Source of the DNA: Thermoanaerobaculia bacterium
Lineage (GTDB): Bacteria; Acidobacteriota; Thermoanaerobaculia; Multivoradales; Multivoraceae
Reading direction: 5' to 3'
Length of the DNA stretch: 64,000 nucleotides
Assembly (NCBI GenBank): GCA_963664405.1
Contig: OY761158.1
Span: 5,056,001 to 5,120,000 of the forward strand
The notes beneath the pieces are model-generated. The model worked only from the letters and a program-made list of their open reading frames with translations. It had not been told where the DNA came from and did no database searches. Shown here one piece after another: positions 54,596-63,520 of this stretch; the first letter of the stretch is position 1; each line of letters begins with the position of its first letter. Both the position numbers and the translations under genes were made by a program.

Positions 54596-57370
54596 TCAGA
54601 AGCGAAGAGCTACGTTGAAACGGTACTCCTGCGGCCTCTGGTAGGCAATGTCGCCGCCACCTCTTCCGGTCGGGCGGCCCGTAACTGTGTTGACAAACAG
54701 CTGGGAATCACCGTCGAGCGCGTTGGCAAGCTCGGCTCCCAGCTGAATCTCGTACTTCCCTCGGATCGGCGGGAAGATCCAGCTGGCATTGAGATTGAGC
54801 TCCGTCGAGGTGTCGAGCTGCTGAGAGGCCTGGGGTTGGAGGTACTCCGAGACACGAATCCGTGCGTTCGTCAGCGGATGGCGAAGCGAGGCGGTCCGTG
54901 TCATCTGCCATAGTCGGCCCGTGCGAGCGCGGTAGTGGGCACCCGTATTCAGCGTGTGCTTGCCGATCTGCCAGCGCTTGATGCCGAGGAGATTGAAGAC
55001 CTCCGGAAACTCCGAATTGTTGGCGAACTGGCCAGGTTTATTGAGGGTGTTCACATTGTTACGCCCGCCTTCGAGGCCGCCGATGCCGGCCAGGTAAGCG
55101 GTCCCTTCGGTGCCCTTCGCCTCGCCTACATAGAGGTTGGAGATCAGCGTCCAGTTGTTGCGGAAGTTGCGGTTGAGCTCGAGGATGAAGCCTTCGTGCT
55201 CGCGCGTCAGGCCCGAGCGGGTGGGCACTCCGTGCAGAGCGGATTGCGCCGCCACCTCCCCCGCGGTCCAGTTGCGCACGTCCAAGAAGATATTACCGTC
55301 CGCGTCATACTGTCGGTTCGTTTCCCAGACATCGTCATTCTCGCTGGCGGTGAACATGACTTTGGCGACCCAGTTGCGGTGGAACTGCCAATCGACACCG
55401 ATCGTGTAGGCGTCCATGTACTCGGGGTCGAGAAGCCTCGTCGCCTCCCGACCGGCACTGGCAACGATGCTGCTGACCAAGATGTCATACTCTTGTGTCA
55501 CCGGATTCCAATCGAAGACCTGGCGGGTGTTGGTGCCATTCGAACCTTGGTCGAAGTCATCCGACAGGCCCATGTTGAAGAGATTGAGGTAGCGCCCGGC
55601 GGTACCGCGCACCAGCAGGTTGCCGTCACCCTTGACGTCGTACACCACACTCAGCCGAGGCGCCAGCTCATCGTAGTCGTTGACCTGTTCCCCGAGGTTG
55701 TTGTCCATCGACTGACCCTCGAGACGCAGTCCCGCGGTAATGACCCATTTGTCTCCGATGTCGATGCGGTCCTGGACGAAGAGAGTGTTGAGCTCGCTCT
55801 CGCGGCTGAACAAGCCCCCATCCGGCGGCGCGTAGATCGTCGTGTCTCCGGGTGTCACAAAGCCGCCAGGCAAGTCATAGCCGAAGCCAAACCCGCGGAA
55901 CTCCTGCTCGGGCCAGTTTCGGGTATCGAGGCCCAATATGTGGCGCTCGGCGCCGACCCTGAGCTCGTGGCTGCCCAGAAAGATCGTCCCGTAGGCATTG
56001 AACTGCTCGCGGGGACCGTCCGTGAAGCGACCGGTTGTACCACCAACAGTGCAGCCGTTGAAAAAGAGGTCGGTGCCGTCGTCGAAATAGCGAAAGTTGT
56101 TGCTATCCGGGGTATTCGACGGTGCGCTGCTGTCGATCGACTTGGGATTGATGCAGTTGTCGTTGCGAACATCTTCGCTGTCGGCAGCCCGGAACTCCAG
56201 AAAGACTTTCGGGCTCACCGCCCAGTTCCACGACGCCGTATTCAACTCGGCCGTCTCCTGCCGCCCATTGAGAGTGTAAATGTCCCCCGTTCGGTTGCCC
56301 CCCCCGACGCGGAAGGCCGGCGTGCGAAGGTAGGTCGCAGCGATCTGATGCGCGTCGCCAGGCTGAAAGTTGACCTTGGCGAGCGTCGACTCGCCCTCGT
56401 AGCTCCAATCGAAAACAGGGTCCGAGATGACATCCGGATTGGAATTGCCGCTGGCCCCGCGGATCCTGTTGTCGGACAGGGCAGAGTGGGCGACGAAGAA
56501 CCACGCACGATCCTTGTAGATCGGGCCGCCGAGAGCGGTCTCGTAGTTGTTGATAATTTTATCGGGACCATTGAGATCGGGAAATTCTCGGAACTCACCG
56601 ACCCACGCCTGGTTCTGGGCGACATAGTAGAAGTCGCCGTGGAACTGATTGGTGCCCGACTTGATCACCGTATTGACGCTCGAAGTCTGGGTGCGCCCGT
56701 ACTCGGCGCCGCGCCCCTGGGTCTGCACCTCGGTCGAGGCGACCTGAGTCGTCGCCATTCTGAACTTGTACACCCCGTAGTTGGAGGTGACCTGACTGAC
56801 ATCGACGCCGTCGATGTTCACCGTGCCGCCGTCTCGAGGCCCACCCATGAAGCTGTTGAGCCAATCTTGCTGCTTGGAGCCGGAATTGCCAGGCAGAACC
56901 GCCAAGCTATTGACGTAATGACGGGAGATGAACGTCGTCAACTCCGCCACCTCTGCATCGATCCTTGCCACCGCCCCGGGCTCGTACTTGTTGATCATCG
57001 GCGCTTCGGAGGTGACGGTGATCTGCTCCGCGGTCCCACCGCCAAGGGTGAGGTTGACACCACGGCGCTGACCGGGGGACAGATTCAGCGAAGTCTCGGC
57101 TTCACCCAGCCCCTCCAGCTCGGCGTTGACGGTGTAGGCCCCATCTATCAGTAGGGTAAAGCGATACTTCCCGTCGGCATCGGAGCGCTCGGTTTTCTCG
57201 CCCTGCGGTCCCACCAAATTCACGGTGGCGCCGGGCAGGGCATCGCCCTGGGCGTCGATCACGCGGCCGTCGATGGTTCCGGTCCCCGGACCGTCCGCCC
57301 ATAGCGGCATGTTCACGCAGACGAGGATGGCGAAAAGCCAAATACTGGATCTGAGGGTGTTCCTATGCAT
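54596..57370 (-). CDS. TonB-dependent receptor with N-terminal carboxypeptidase-regulatory-like domain (Oar-like)
   Basis: GTIDGRVID.QG.ALPGATV; GAEYGR...VNTVIKSGTNQFHG; LGGPI.KDRAWFF; LFVQDR; APRLSVVYD; terminal Phe. Confidence 0.92.
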   Translation of the reverse strand: MHRNTLRSSIWLFAILVCVNMPLWADGPGTGTIDGRVIDAQGDALPGATVNLVGPQGEKTERSDADGKYRFTLLIDGAYTVNAELEGLGEAETSLNLSPGQRRGVNLTLGGGTAEQITVTSEAPMINKYEPGAVARIDAEVAELTTFISRHYVNSLAVLPGNSGSKQQDWLNSFMGGPRDGGTVNIDGVDVSQVTSNYGVYKFRMATTQVASTEVQTQGRGAEYGRTQTSSVNTVIKSGTNQFHGDFYYVAQNQAWVGEFREFPDLNGPDKIINNYETALGGPIYKDRAWFFVAHSALSDNRIRGASGNSNPDVISDPVFDWSYEGESTLAKVNFQPGDAHQIAATYLRTPAFRVGGGNRTGDIYTLNGRQETAELNTASWNWAVSPKVFLEFRAADSEDVRNDNCINPKSIDSSAPSNTPDSNNFRYFDDGTDLFFNGCTVGGTTGRFTDGPREQFNAYGTIFLGSHELRVGAERHILGLDTRNWPEQEFRGFGFGYDLPGGFVTPGDTTIYAPPDGGLFSRESELNTLFVQDRIDIGDKWVITAGLRLEGQSMDNNLGEQVNDYDELAPRLSVVYDVKGDGNLLVRGTAGRYLNLFNMGLSDDFDQGSNGTNTRQVFDWNPVTQEYDILVSSIVASAGREATRLLDPEYMDAYTIGVDWQFHRNWVAKVMFTASENDDVWETNRQYDADGNIFLDVRNWTAGEVAAQSALHGVPTRSGLTREHEGFILELNRNFRNNWTLISNLYVGEAKGTEGTAYLAGIGGLEGGRNNVNTLNKPGQFANNSEFPEVFNLLGIKRWQIGKHTLNTGAHYRARTGRLWQMTRTASLRHPLTNARIRVSEYLQPQASQQLDTSTELNLNASWIFPPIRGKYEIQLGAELANALDGDSQLFVNTVTGRPTGRGGGDIAYQRPQEYRFNVALRF

Positions 57371-57642
57371 GTGTTACTTCTCCCGGATTCTCGACCCCGG
57401 AACAAGGTCTACGTCGAGCCTCACTGGCAAGCCGGCCGCAGCCTTGGCTTCGAAGTCAGTTTACGACAGCTGCCTCACTTCCTTGCAAAATCTATTCCTT
57501 AACAACATACGGTATACCGTGCCCTCATCAGGCTCCCTGAACACACTATGTTGTGGTTCGAGATTGAAACCATGGAACACAATATTGAACAATATTCATT
57601 GAGTTGAACCGACTCCGATCGCCGTATGCACTAACCCCTTTG

Positions 57643-57676
57643 CTAGGTATTGTCACGTGGAGCTCAAAGTGTGACA
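57643..57676 (-). promoter_or_regulatory. ECF-type promoter motif, copy 8 (upstream of TonB receptor)
   Basis: Minus strand T-GTCACACTT-TGAGCTCCACGT-GACAAT-ACCTAG. Confidence 0.8.
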
Positions 57677-57840
57677 TGCCCGTGCATTCCGACTGACGCG
57701 CGGGAGGAAGGCTGCAAGCAGAATTCTGCACGAACACCTGCGAGCGCGTCCTGAAACGACTGTGGTTCTTTCGGGGGAGTTCTTTGCAACACCTGGATTG
57801 AACTGTTCCATTCATGGGGTTTTGTTAAACTCTGTGAACT

Positions 57841-59616
57841 TTGCCCCCAACGTCTCGGACTCCTCGACGCCGGTCTTACAGCTTCGGCCCCTTTTCGCTG
57901 GATACCGCGGAGCGCTTGTTACGGCGTGAGGGACGCCCTCTTCCACTTCAATCGAAAGTCTTCGACACCCTGCTGGCCTTCGTCGAGAACACCGGTCGCC
58001 TGCTCGAGAAAGAGGAGCTGATGAGCCTGGTCTGGCCCCACTCGTCGGTCGAGCAGGGCAACCTCACCCACAACGTCTCGATCGTGCGCAAGACCCTTGG
58101 CGAAGCGGCCGGCGCCGCCCCCTACATCGTTACCGTCCCCGGCAAGGGGTACCGCTTCGCGGCGACCGTCGAGATCCAGATGGAGGCGTCGATCGCGGTG
58201 CTTCCCTTCGTCAACATGAGCCCGGAGCCGGCGCAGGATTTCTTCTGCGATGGAATGACCGAGGAGCTGATCAACGTGCTGACGCACGTCGAAGGACTGC
58301 GGGTCATCGGCCGAGCTTCTTCCTTCGAGCTCAGAGACAACGTCCTGGAAGCCTTGGAGGTGGGAGAGAAGCTCGGCGTGTCGGTCTTCTTGGAGGGCAG
58401 CGTTCGCAAAGCGGGCAACCGTGTGCGGGTCACCGCGCAGCTGGTCCGGACCTCGGACGGCGTGCACATCTGGTCGGAGCACTACGATCGGGATCTCGCC
58501 GATGTCTTCGACATCCAGGACGAGATCGCCCAGGCGATTGTCGGGCAGGTGCAGAAGAAGATGCTGACCCCGCCCGCTGTGCCCTTGGTGAAAAAGCTCA
58601 CCGACAATCAAGAGGTCTACAACCTCTACCTGGAAGCTCGGCACCACTGTTCAGACGAGTCCCGCGCCGGCATGGAACGGGCGATCGGGCTCCTCGACCG
58701 TGCGATCGAGCTGCAGCCGGACTTTGCAGCCGGCCATGCCCTGCTGGCGCTGATCTACACCAATCAGACGGTCTACGGGTTCGCGCCCGTCACCGAGACC
58801 CTCCCCAAGGCGGAGGAGGCGGTCGGCCGCGCCCTCGAGCTCGACGAGACTCTCTCCGATCCCCACCGCATTCTCGGGGTCATCCGCTCCACCTTCTACT
58901 GGGATTGGCTGGAGGCGAAGAGAGCGATCGAGCGCGCGGCGCAGCTCGACCCCGGCTCGTCCAGGGTGTCCCTGGCCCTCGCGAGTAACTTCCTGGCCCC
59001 GGTCGGCCGCCTCGACGAGGCCGAGCAGGCGATGAAGACAGCGGTCGATCTGGACCCGCGCTCGCCGATCATGAACCGAGTTCTGGGGCAGGTTCTTTTC
59101 TGGTCGCGTCAATACGATTCGGCTGTTGTCCAGCTTCGCCACACCCTCGAGCTCGACCCAGACCTCCCGATGGCGCGCACTCTGGTCGCTGCCACCTACA
59201 CCGCGATGGGCCGACCCGATGACGCGCTTCGAGAGCGGCTGCTTCACCTCGAGAGCGTGGGTCGGCAGGAAGAGGCGGACGAGCTGGGGCGCATCTATGA
59301 GACCGGCGGCGAGGAGGCCGTGCTCCGCTGGCTGGCCAAAAGACAGCTCCCGCGGGTCGAGGCGGGAAAGAGTCACCCCTTCAGCTTGGCGCTCCTCTAC
59401 TCCCAGCTCGACGAAAAGGGGGACGGTCTGCGCTGGTTGGAGAGGGCGGTCGACAGCAAAGGCGGGTTCGTTCGCTTCGCCAAGGTCCACCCCTGGCTCG
59501 ACAACCTACGCGAGGAGCCCCGCTTCAAAGCGCTTCTCGAGCGCATGGGAGTCAACGACCCCAGAGTGGCGACGCCAGGGGTGGTGGCGGCGCCGGGGGT
59601 GGTGGCGGCCTCGTAG
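57841..59616 (+). CDS. Winged-helix (CadC/OmpR-type) + TolB-like + TPR transcriptional regulator
   Basis: YSFGPFSLD.AERLL...KVFDTL...KEELM..VWP...YIVTVPGKGYRF; SIAVLPFVNMS...FFCDGMTEELI; TPR repeats. Confidence 0.9.
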   Translation: MPPTSRTPRRRSYSFGPFSLDTAERLLRREGRPLPLQSKVFDTLLAFVENTGRLLEKEELMSLVWPHSSVEQGNLTHNVSIVRKTLGEAAGAAPYIVTVPGKGYRFAATVEIQMEASIAVLPFVNMSPEPAQDFFCDGMTEELINVLTHVEGLRVIGRASSFELRDNVLEALEVGEKLGVSVFLEGSVRKAGNRVRVTAQLVRTSDGVHIWSEHYDRDLADVFDIQDEIAQAIVGQVQKKMLTPPAVPLVKKLTDNQEVYNLYLEARHHCSDESRAGMERAIGLLDRAIELQPDFAAGHALLALIYTNQTVYGFAPVTETLPKAEEAVGRALELDETLSDPHRILGVIRSTFYWDWLEAKRAIERAAQLDPGSSRVSLALASNFLAPVGRLDEAEQAMKTAVDLDPRSPIMNRVLGQVLFWSRQYDSAVVQLRHTLELDPDLPMARTLVAATYTAMGRPDDALRERLLHLESVGRQEEADELGRIYETGGEEAVLRWLAKRQLPRVEAGKSHPFSLALLYSQLDEKGDGLRWLERAVDSKGGFVRFAKVHPWLDNLREEPRFKALLERMGVNDPRVATPGVVAAPGVVAAS

Positions 59617-59766
59617 CTGCACCCTTAGGAGCGTGTCCGAGAATTCGTCCTGAGCCGCTTCCCGGAGGGAATAGGAAGCAAGGCCCAAGTGCGCCGTCCT
59701 CGGCGCCAAAAGACAACTAGGTGGGGCGCGCCTAGCGGAGGAAATGATAGCAATCATTTCTGGAGC

Positions 59767-60333
59767 CTAGTCCGTGGCGCCGGCTCGCAGTGCCAAGCTC
59801 CACTCATCGGCCAATCGCAGCCTTGCGACCCAGCCGGCGATGTAGTCGACGTCGATGTGGGCGGCTGAGACCCGCAGGACCCCGGCGATGTCTCGGATGT
59901 GCTTCTCCGATCCGCCCTCTCGGTAGTACTCGAGCTTCTTCAGGATGACGTCTTCGGGGGTTGCGAAGCAGACGGACGGGCCGTCCCCGAGTTCGAGTCG
60001 CATCGCGCGCTCGAAACGGCTCACATTGAAGGGAGAGTCGTCGGTCACCATGAAGTCGACCTTCAGCCCGGAGGCCGGATGAATGAGATTGAAGCTCGAG
60101 TGATCTCGAACCGCGCGCGCTGCGGACTCGGTCGACACGTAAAAGTCAGGAGACGGAAACGCCTCGCAGAGCGCTTCTGACTCGGTGACGTCGAGGCGAA
60201 CGGCGATATCGATGTCGTTGGTGAAGCGTGGCTCGCCGTAGGTGATCGTTGCGGTCGAGCCAGTCACGAAGTGAACGATGCCGAGACCGTCGAGAGTCGC
60301 GGCTACGAGCCGAAGAAGCTCACCAGGATCCAT
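59767..60333 (-). CDS. Nucleotidyltransferase-fold protein (TA-associated, AbiEii-like)
   Basis: FVTGS.A...YGEPRFTNDIDIAV; FNLIH...GLKVDF; ATPEDVILKKL.YY..GGSEKHIRDI. Confidence 0.78.
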   Translation of the reverse strand: MDPGELLRLVAATLDGLGIVHFVTGSTATITYGEPRFTNDIDIAVRLDVTESEALCEAFPSPDFYVSTESAARAVRDHSSFNLIHPASGLKVDFMVTDDSPFNVSRFERAMRLELGDGPSVCFATPEDVILKKLEYYREGGSEKHIRDIAGVLRVSAAHIDVDYIAGWVARLRLADEWSLALRAGATD

Positions 60334-60574
60334 CTGCCATTCGCCGAGCAACCTCGCGCGACCGTTGCTCCTCGGTCCAGTCCGGATGAGTCTGCTTCAG
60401 CCGAGCCTGAAGAAGATCCTCGGCGAAGTGCCACAGCTCGTTCGAGATCTCGAGGCGTTCGGCGGGGGACTTCCCTTGCAGGACGGTCACCATCTCAGGC
60501 GCCACGACCTCGAACCTCGCCGGGCCCGGTCTGGCCTCAGTCTCTTTCGAGCCGGTTTCCATACTTCGGAGCAT
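60320..60574 (-). CDS. Small helical partner of the nucleotidyltransferase (putative antitoxin)
   Basis: VLQGKSPAERLEI...HPDWTEEQ..REVARR; overlaps the NTase start. Confidence 0.7.
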   Translation of the reverse strand: MLRSMETGSKETEARPGPARFEVVAPEMVTVLQGKSPAERLEISNELWHFAEDLLQARLKQTHPDWTEEQRSREVARRMADGSW

Positions 60575-60675
60575 ATCGGCTCCCTGGGCCAGACTACCAT
60601 CGGAGGCCTGCCGACCGGCCGCTCGCTAGCGCGCTAGACTAACGAGAAGCGCCAAGCCCCGAGAAGGGGTAGCCG

Positions 60676-61278
60676 ATGTCATCGAGACCCATACTCCTTC
60701 TGGCCTTCGGCCTGTCGATGTTCTCCTCCCTCGTCTACGAGGTGGCCTGGTCTCGGTCGCTCTCTCTGGTCTTCGGCACCACGATCTACGCCTTTTCTGC
60801 GGTTCTGACCGCGTTCATGGCGGGCCTCGCGCTCGGCGCGTACTTCTTCGGGAAGGTCGCCGACCACGCAAGCAAGCCCCGCCTTCTCTTCGCCAGGCTC
60901 GAGCTCGTCCTCGCTGCCTGTGCGCTTCTTCTCATCCCCCTCTTCAAGCTCACCTACCAGATCCGTCTGGCTCTTTTCAGTCAGCTCCAGGGTTCTTCGA
61001 CGATGGTGTTCATCATGTTCCTCATCGTCTTTGTGCTGCTCATCATCCCCACCGGAATCATCGGCGCCACCTTCCCGCTGATGAGCAAGATCTACTCCGA
61101 GCGCTTCGACACCGATATCTCGGATGTGTATGCGGTCGACACCCTCTGCGGCGGAGCCGGCGCCCTGTTTGCGGGATTCTTGTTCCTGCCCTACCTGGGC
61201 CTGTGGCAGACGATCGTCCTCGCCGCCGTCTTGAATCTCATGGTCGGCGCTCTCCTCTACGCGAGGCGCGAGCGATGA
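60676..61278 (+). CDS. Stand-alone membrane module of fused MFS/spermidine synthase-like proteins
   Basis: SLVYEVAWSR.L.LVFGTTIYAFSAVLTAFMAGLALG; PT..IGATFP; YAVDT..G..GA. Confidence 0.82.
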   Translation: MSSRPILLLAFGLSMFSSLVYEVAWSRSLSLVFGTTIYAFSAVLTAFMAGLALGAYFFGKVADHASKPRLLFARLELVLAACALLLIPLFKLTYQIRLALFSQLQGSSTMVFIMFLIVFVLLIIPTGIIGATFPLMSKIYSERFDTDISDVYAVDTLCGGAGALFAGFLFLPYLGLWQTIVLAAVLNLMVGALLYARRER

Positions 61279-63419
61279 GACTCAGGCCTCTGCTCCTTAT
61301 GCTCTTCTTCTTCTCGGGTTTTGCGGCTCTCGTGTACGAAGTCATGTTCACGCACGGCTTGATCCTCATCGTGGGGGGAAGCGTCTTCGCCTACACCATC
61401 ATCTTGACCACCTTCCTCACCGGCATGGGGTTCGGAAGTCTGCTGGCAAAGAGATTCGTGAGCACGGATCTCGCCACGCTCTTCGCCTACGTCGAGCTCG
61501 GGATCGGCACCTTCGGCCTTCTTTTCGTTCCCATCGTCAACAACCTTGACCTCGCCTACCTTCAGATACACCTCGGCTCGAAGGGCAATTTTCTCACCTT
61601 CTATCTGCTTCTTCTCCTCCTGCTCTACACCGTTCTCCTCGCGCCGACGGTGCTGATGGGCATGACCTTCCCCATCGTGGCCCGCATGCTCACGCGCCTA
61701 GAGAACGTCGGTACCGACGTCGGAGCCGTGTTTTCCTTCAACACTCTCGGAGGTATGGTGGGCGCCTTCGTTGGTGGCTTCCTTCTGCTGCCCGGGATCG
61801 GGCTCGAGAAGTCGATCGTTGTGGCCGCCTCGGTCAACCTGCTCATCTCGGTCGTGATCTTCGTCCGCGCCGCAAAGGGCGCCGCCATCCCCTACTACGT
61901 CGCTCTCGGCGTGGTCCTTGTTCTGGGGGCGCGGCTCTTCGACACCCAGATCGACCCCTATCGTCTCGGCGTTTACCACCGACATGGGGAGTTCGAGAGC
62001 GTAGACGACTACAGACTGGCCGTCGCGAAAGACCGAGAGAACGCGGCCATCACCTTCTCAGACTACGGACTCTATGGGTCGGTCATCGTCAAAGAGGGCA
62101 CGCATAAGGTGCTGATGATCAACGGCAAAGTCGATGCCGGTACCGGGCTCGATGTGCCGACCGAGCTGCTCCTGGGGTACATCCCCGCCCTGATGCACCC
62201 GGACCCTAAGGACGTGGCCATCATCGGCCTCGGCAGCGGAATCACCCTCGCCGCGGTGGAGAGATTCCCGGTGGAGCACATCGACATGCTCGAGCTCAAC
62301 CCCACCGTCGTCGAAGCCGCCGAGCTCTTCCGTGAAGAGAACCGAGCGTCCCTCGACGATGAGAGGGTCGAGCTCACCGTCGGCGACGCGAGAGACTTTC
62401 TGGCGACCACGGATCGGGTCTACGACATCGTCATCTCCGAGCCTTCGAATCCCTGGATCGAGGGCGAAGTCTTTCTCTTCACCCGGGAGTTCTACGCTGT
62501 CGTGGCAGAGCATCTCGAGCCGGGAGGACTCTTCCTGCAATGGATCGGCGCCTACGACTTCAACCCCGAGGATCTGAAAGTCTCGCTCGCCACCGTCAAA
62601 ACCGCCTTCCGCCACGTTCAGGTGTGGGCGGAAGCAAGGGGCGTGGACTTCTTCATCCTCGCCTCCAAGGAACCGATCGTGGGGAGCTACACCAAGATCG
62701 CGACTGCGCTGCAAGACCCGGTGATCGCGTCGGATATGAGCAACATCGCCCTGATCTCGAACCGCAAGCCGCTGAGCGGAGCCGACCTATTCTTCTCGTT
62801 CTTCGTCGCCGCCGACGAGGCCGTCGACTCCTATGTCGTCGGATCGCCGATCAACACCGACAACCGCCCGATCATCGAGTTCAGGACGGCAAAGAATCGA
62901 GTGCGGCGCACCAAGAGCAACCTAGGGGCGCTCCTTGCGCATCTCAGCGCAGGAGGGGTGACGACCGAGATCTCACCTCCCGTCACCGACCAAATCTCGG
63001 GGGACGAGCTGTCTTTCCTCGGGCTGCACGCGAAGATCGACATGCCTCCGGCGGAGATCAAATACGAGTATCAATTCACTACTCGCGGAGAGGACCCCTA
63101 CAACCTGTTCCTCTCCCTCGACCTGGCGAAGTACGTCATTTTCCGCGACGAAGCCGGCTTGCTGGTCGTTCGTGCGCATCCGCGAGAAACAGAGCCGCCC
63201 GCCGAGGAGTTCGCCGGAATCGCAGACTCTCTCGACTCGAATCTTGTGGGCACGATCGAAGTCGATGGGCGAACGAGGTACCTGAGCCAGGGCGAGACCA
63301 TCACCGCACTGCTCTGGCACTGTAACCAGCATATCTACGTGACCTACTTCGAGTACCCGCGCGGCGGAGCGCTCCCGTCGATGGTTGACACCCTCGGAGG
63401 TATTCGCTGCGTTGACTGA
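61275..63419 (+). CDS. Membrane module + spermidine synthase-like SAM-binding domain protein
   Basis: FFFSGFAALVYEV; LMINGKVDA; IIGLGSGIT; GDARDFL; YDIVISEPSNPW; LFTREFY; INTDNRPIIEF; ATGA overlap at 61275-61278. Confidence 0.85.
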   Translation: MRLRPLLLMLFFFSGFAALVYEVMFTHGLILIVGGSVFAYTIILTTFLTGMGFGSLLAKRFVSTDLATLFAYVELGIGTFGLLFVPIVNNLDLAYLQIHLGSKGNFLTFYLLLLLLLYTVLLAPTVLMGMTFPIVARMLTRLENVGTDVGAVFSFNTLGGMVGAFVGGFLLLPGIGLEKSIVVAASVNLLISVVIFVRAAKGAAIPYYVALGVVLVLGARLFDTQIDPYRLGVYHRHGEFESVDDYRLAVAKDRENAAITFSDYGLYGSVIVKEGTHKVLMINGKVDAGTGLDVPTELLLGYIPALMHPDPKDVAIIGLGSGITLAAVERFPVEHIDMLELNPTVVEAAELFREENRASLDDERVELTVGDARDFLATTDRVYDIVISEPSNPWIEGEVFLFTREFYAVVAEHLEPGGLFLQWIGAYDFNPEDLKVSLATVKTAFRHVQVWAEARGVDFFILASKEPIVGSYTKIATALQDPVIASDMSNIALISNRKPLSGADLFFSFFVAADEAVDSYVVGSPINTDNRPIIEFRTAKNRVRRTKSNLGALLAHLSAGGVTTEISPPVTDQISGDELSFLGLHAKIDMPPAEIKYEYQFTTRGEDPYNLFLSLDLAKYVIFRDEAGLLVVRAHPRETEPPAEEFAGIADSLDSNLVGTIEVDGRTRYLSQGETITALLWHCNQHIYVTYFEYPRGGALPSMVDTLGGIRCVD

Positions 63420-63520
63420 GCCCGCGCGGCCTCGGCCGTCAGACCGGGAAGTCCGCCGGGTCGATTCGAAGCGGTTGCCGGCGTCCGGCGCTTCTCGGTT
63501 CGCGAGCGTTCGAGGCGGAC

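Noticed and set aside
59578-59766. 18-bp coding repeat at the regulator C-terminus and a possible IS-end remnant (taggagcgtgtccgagaatt)
   Set aside because: The repeat looks like trivial slippage; no partner inverted repeat or transposase was found.
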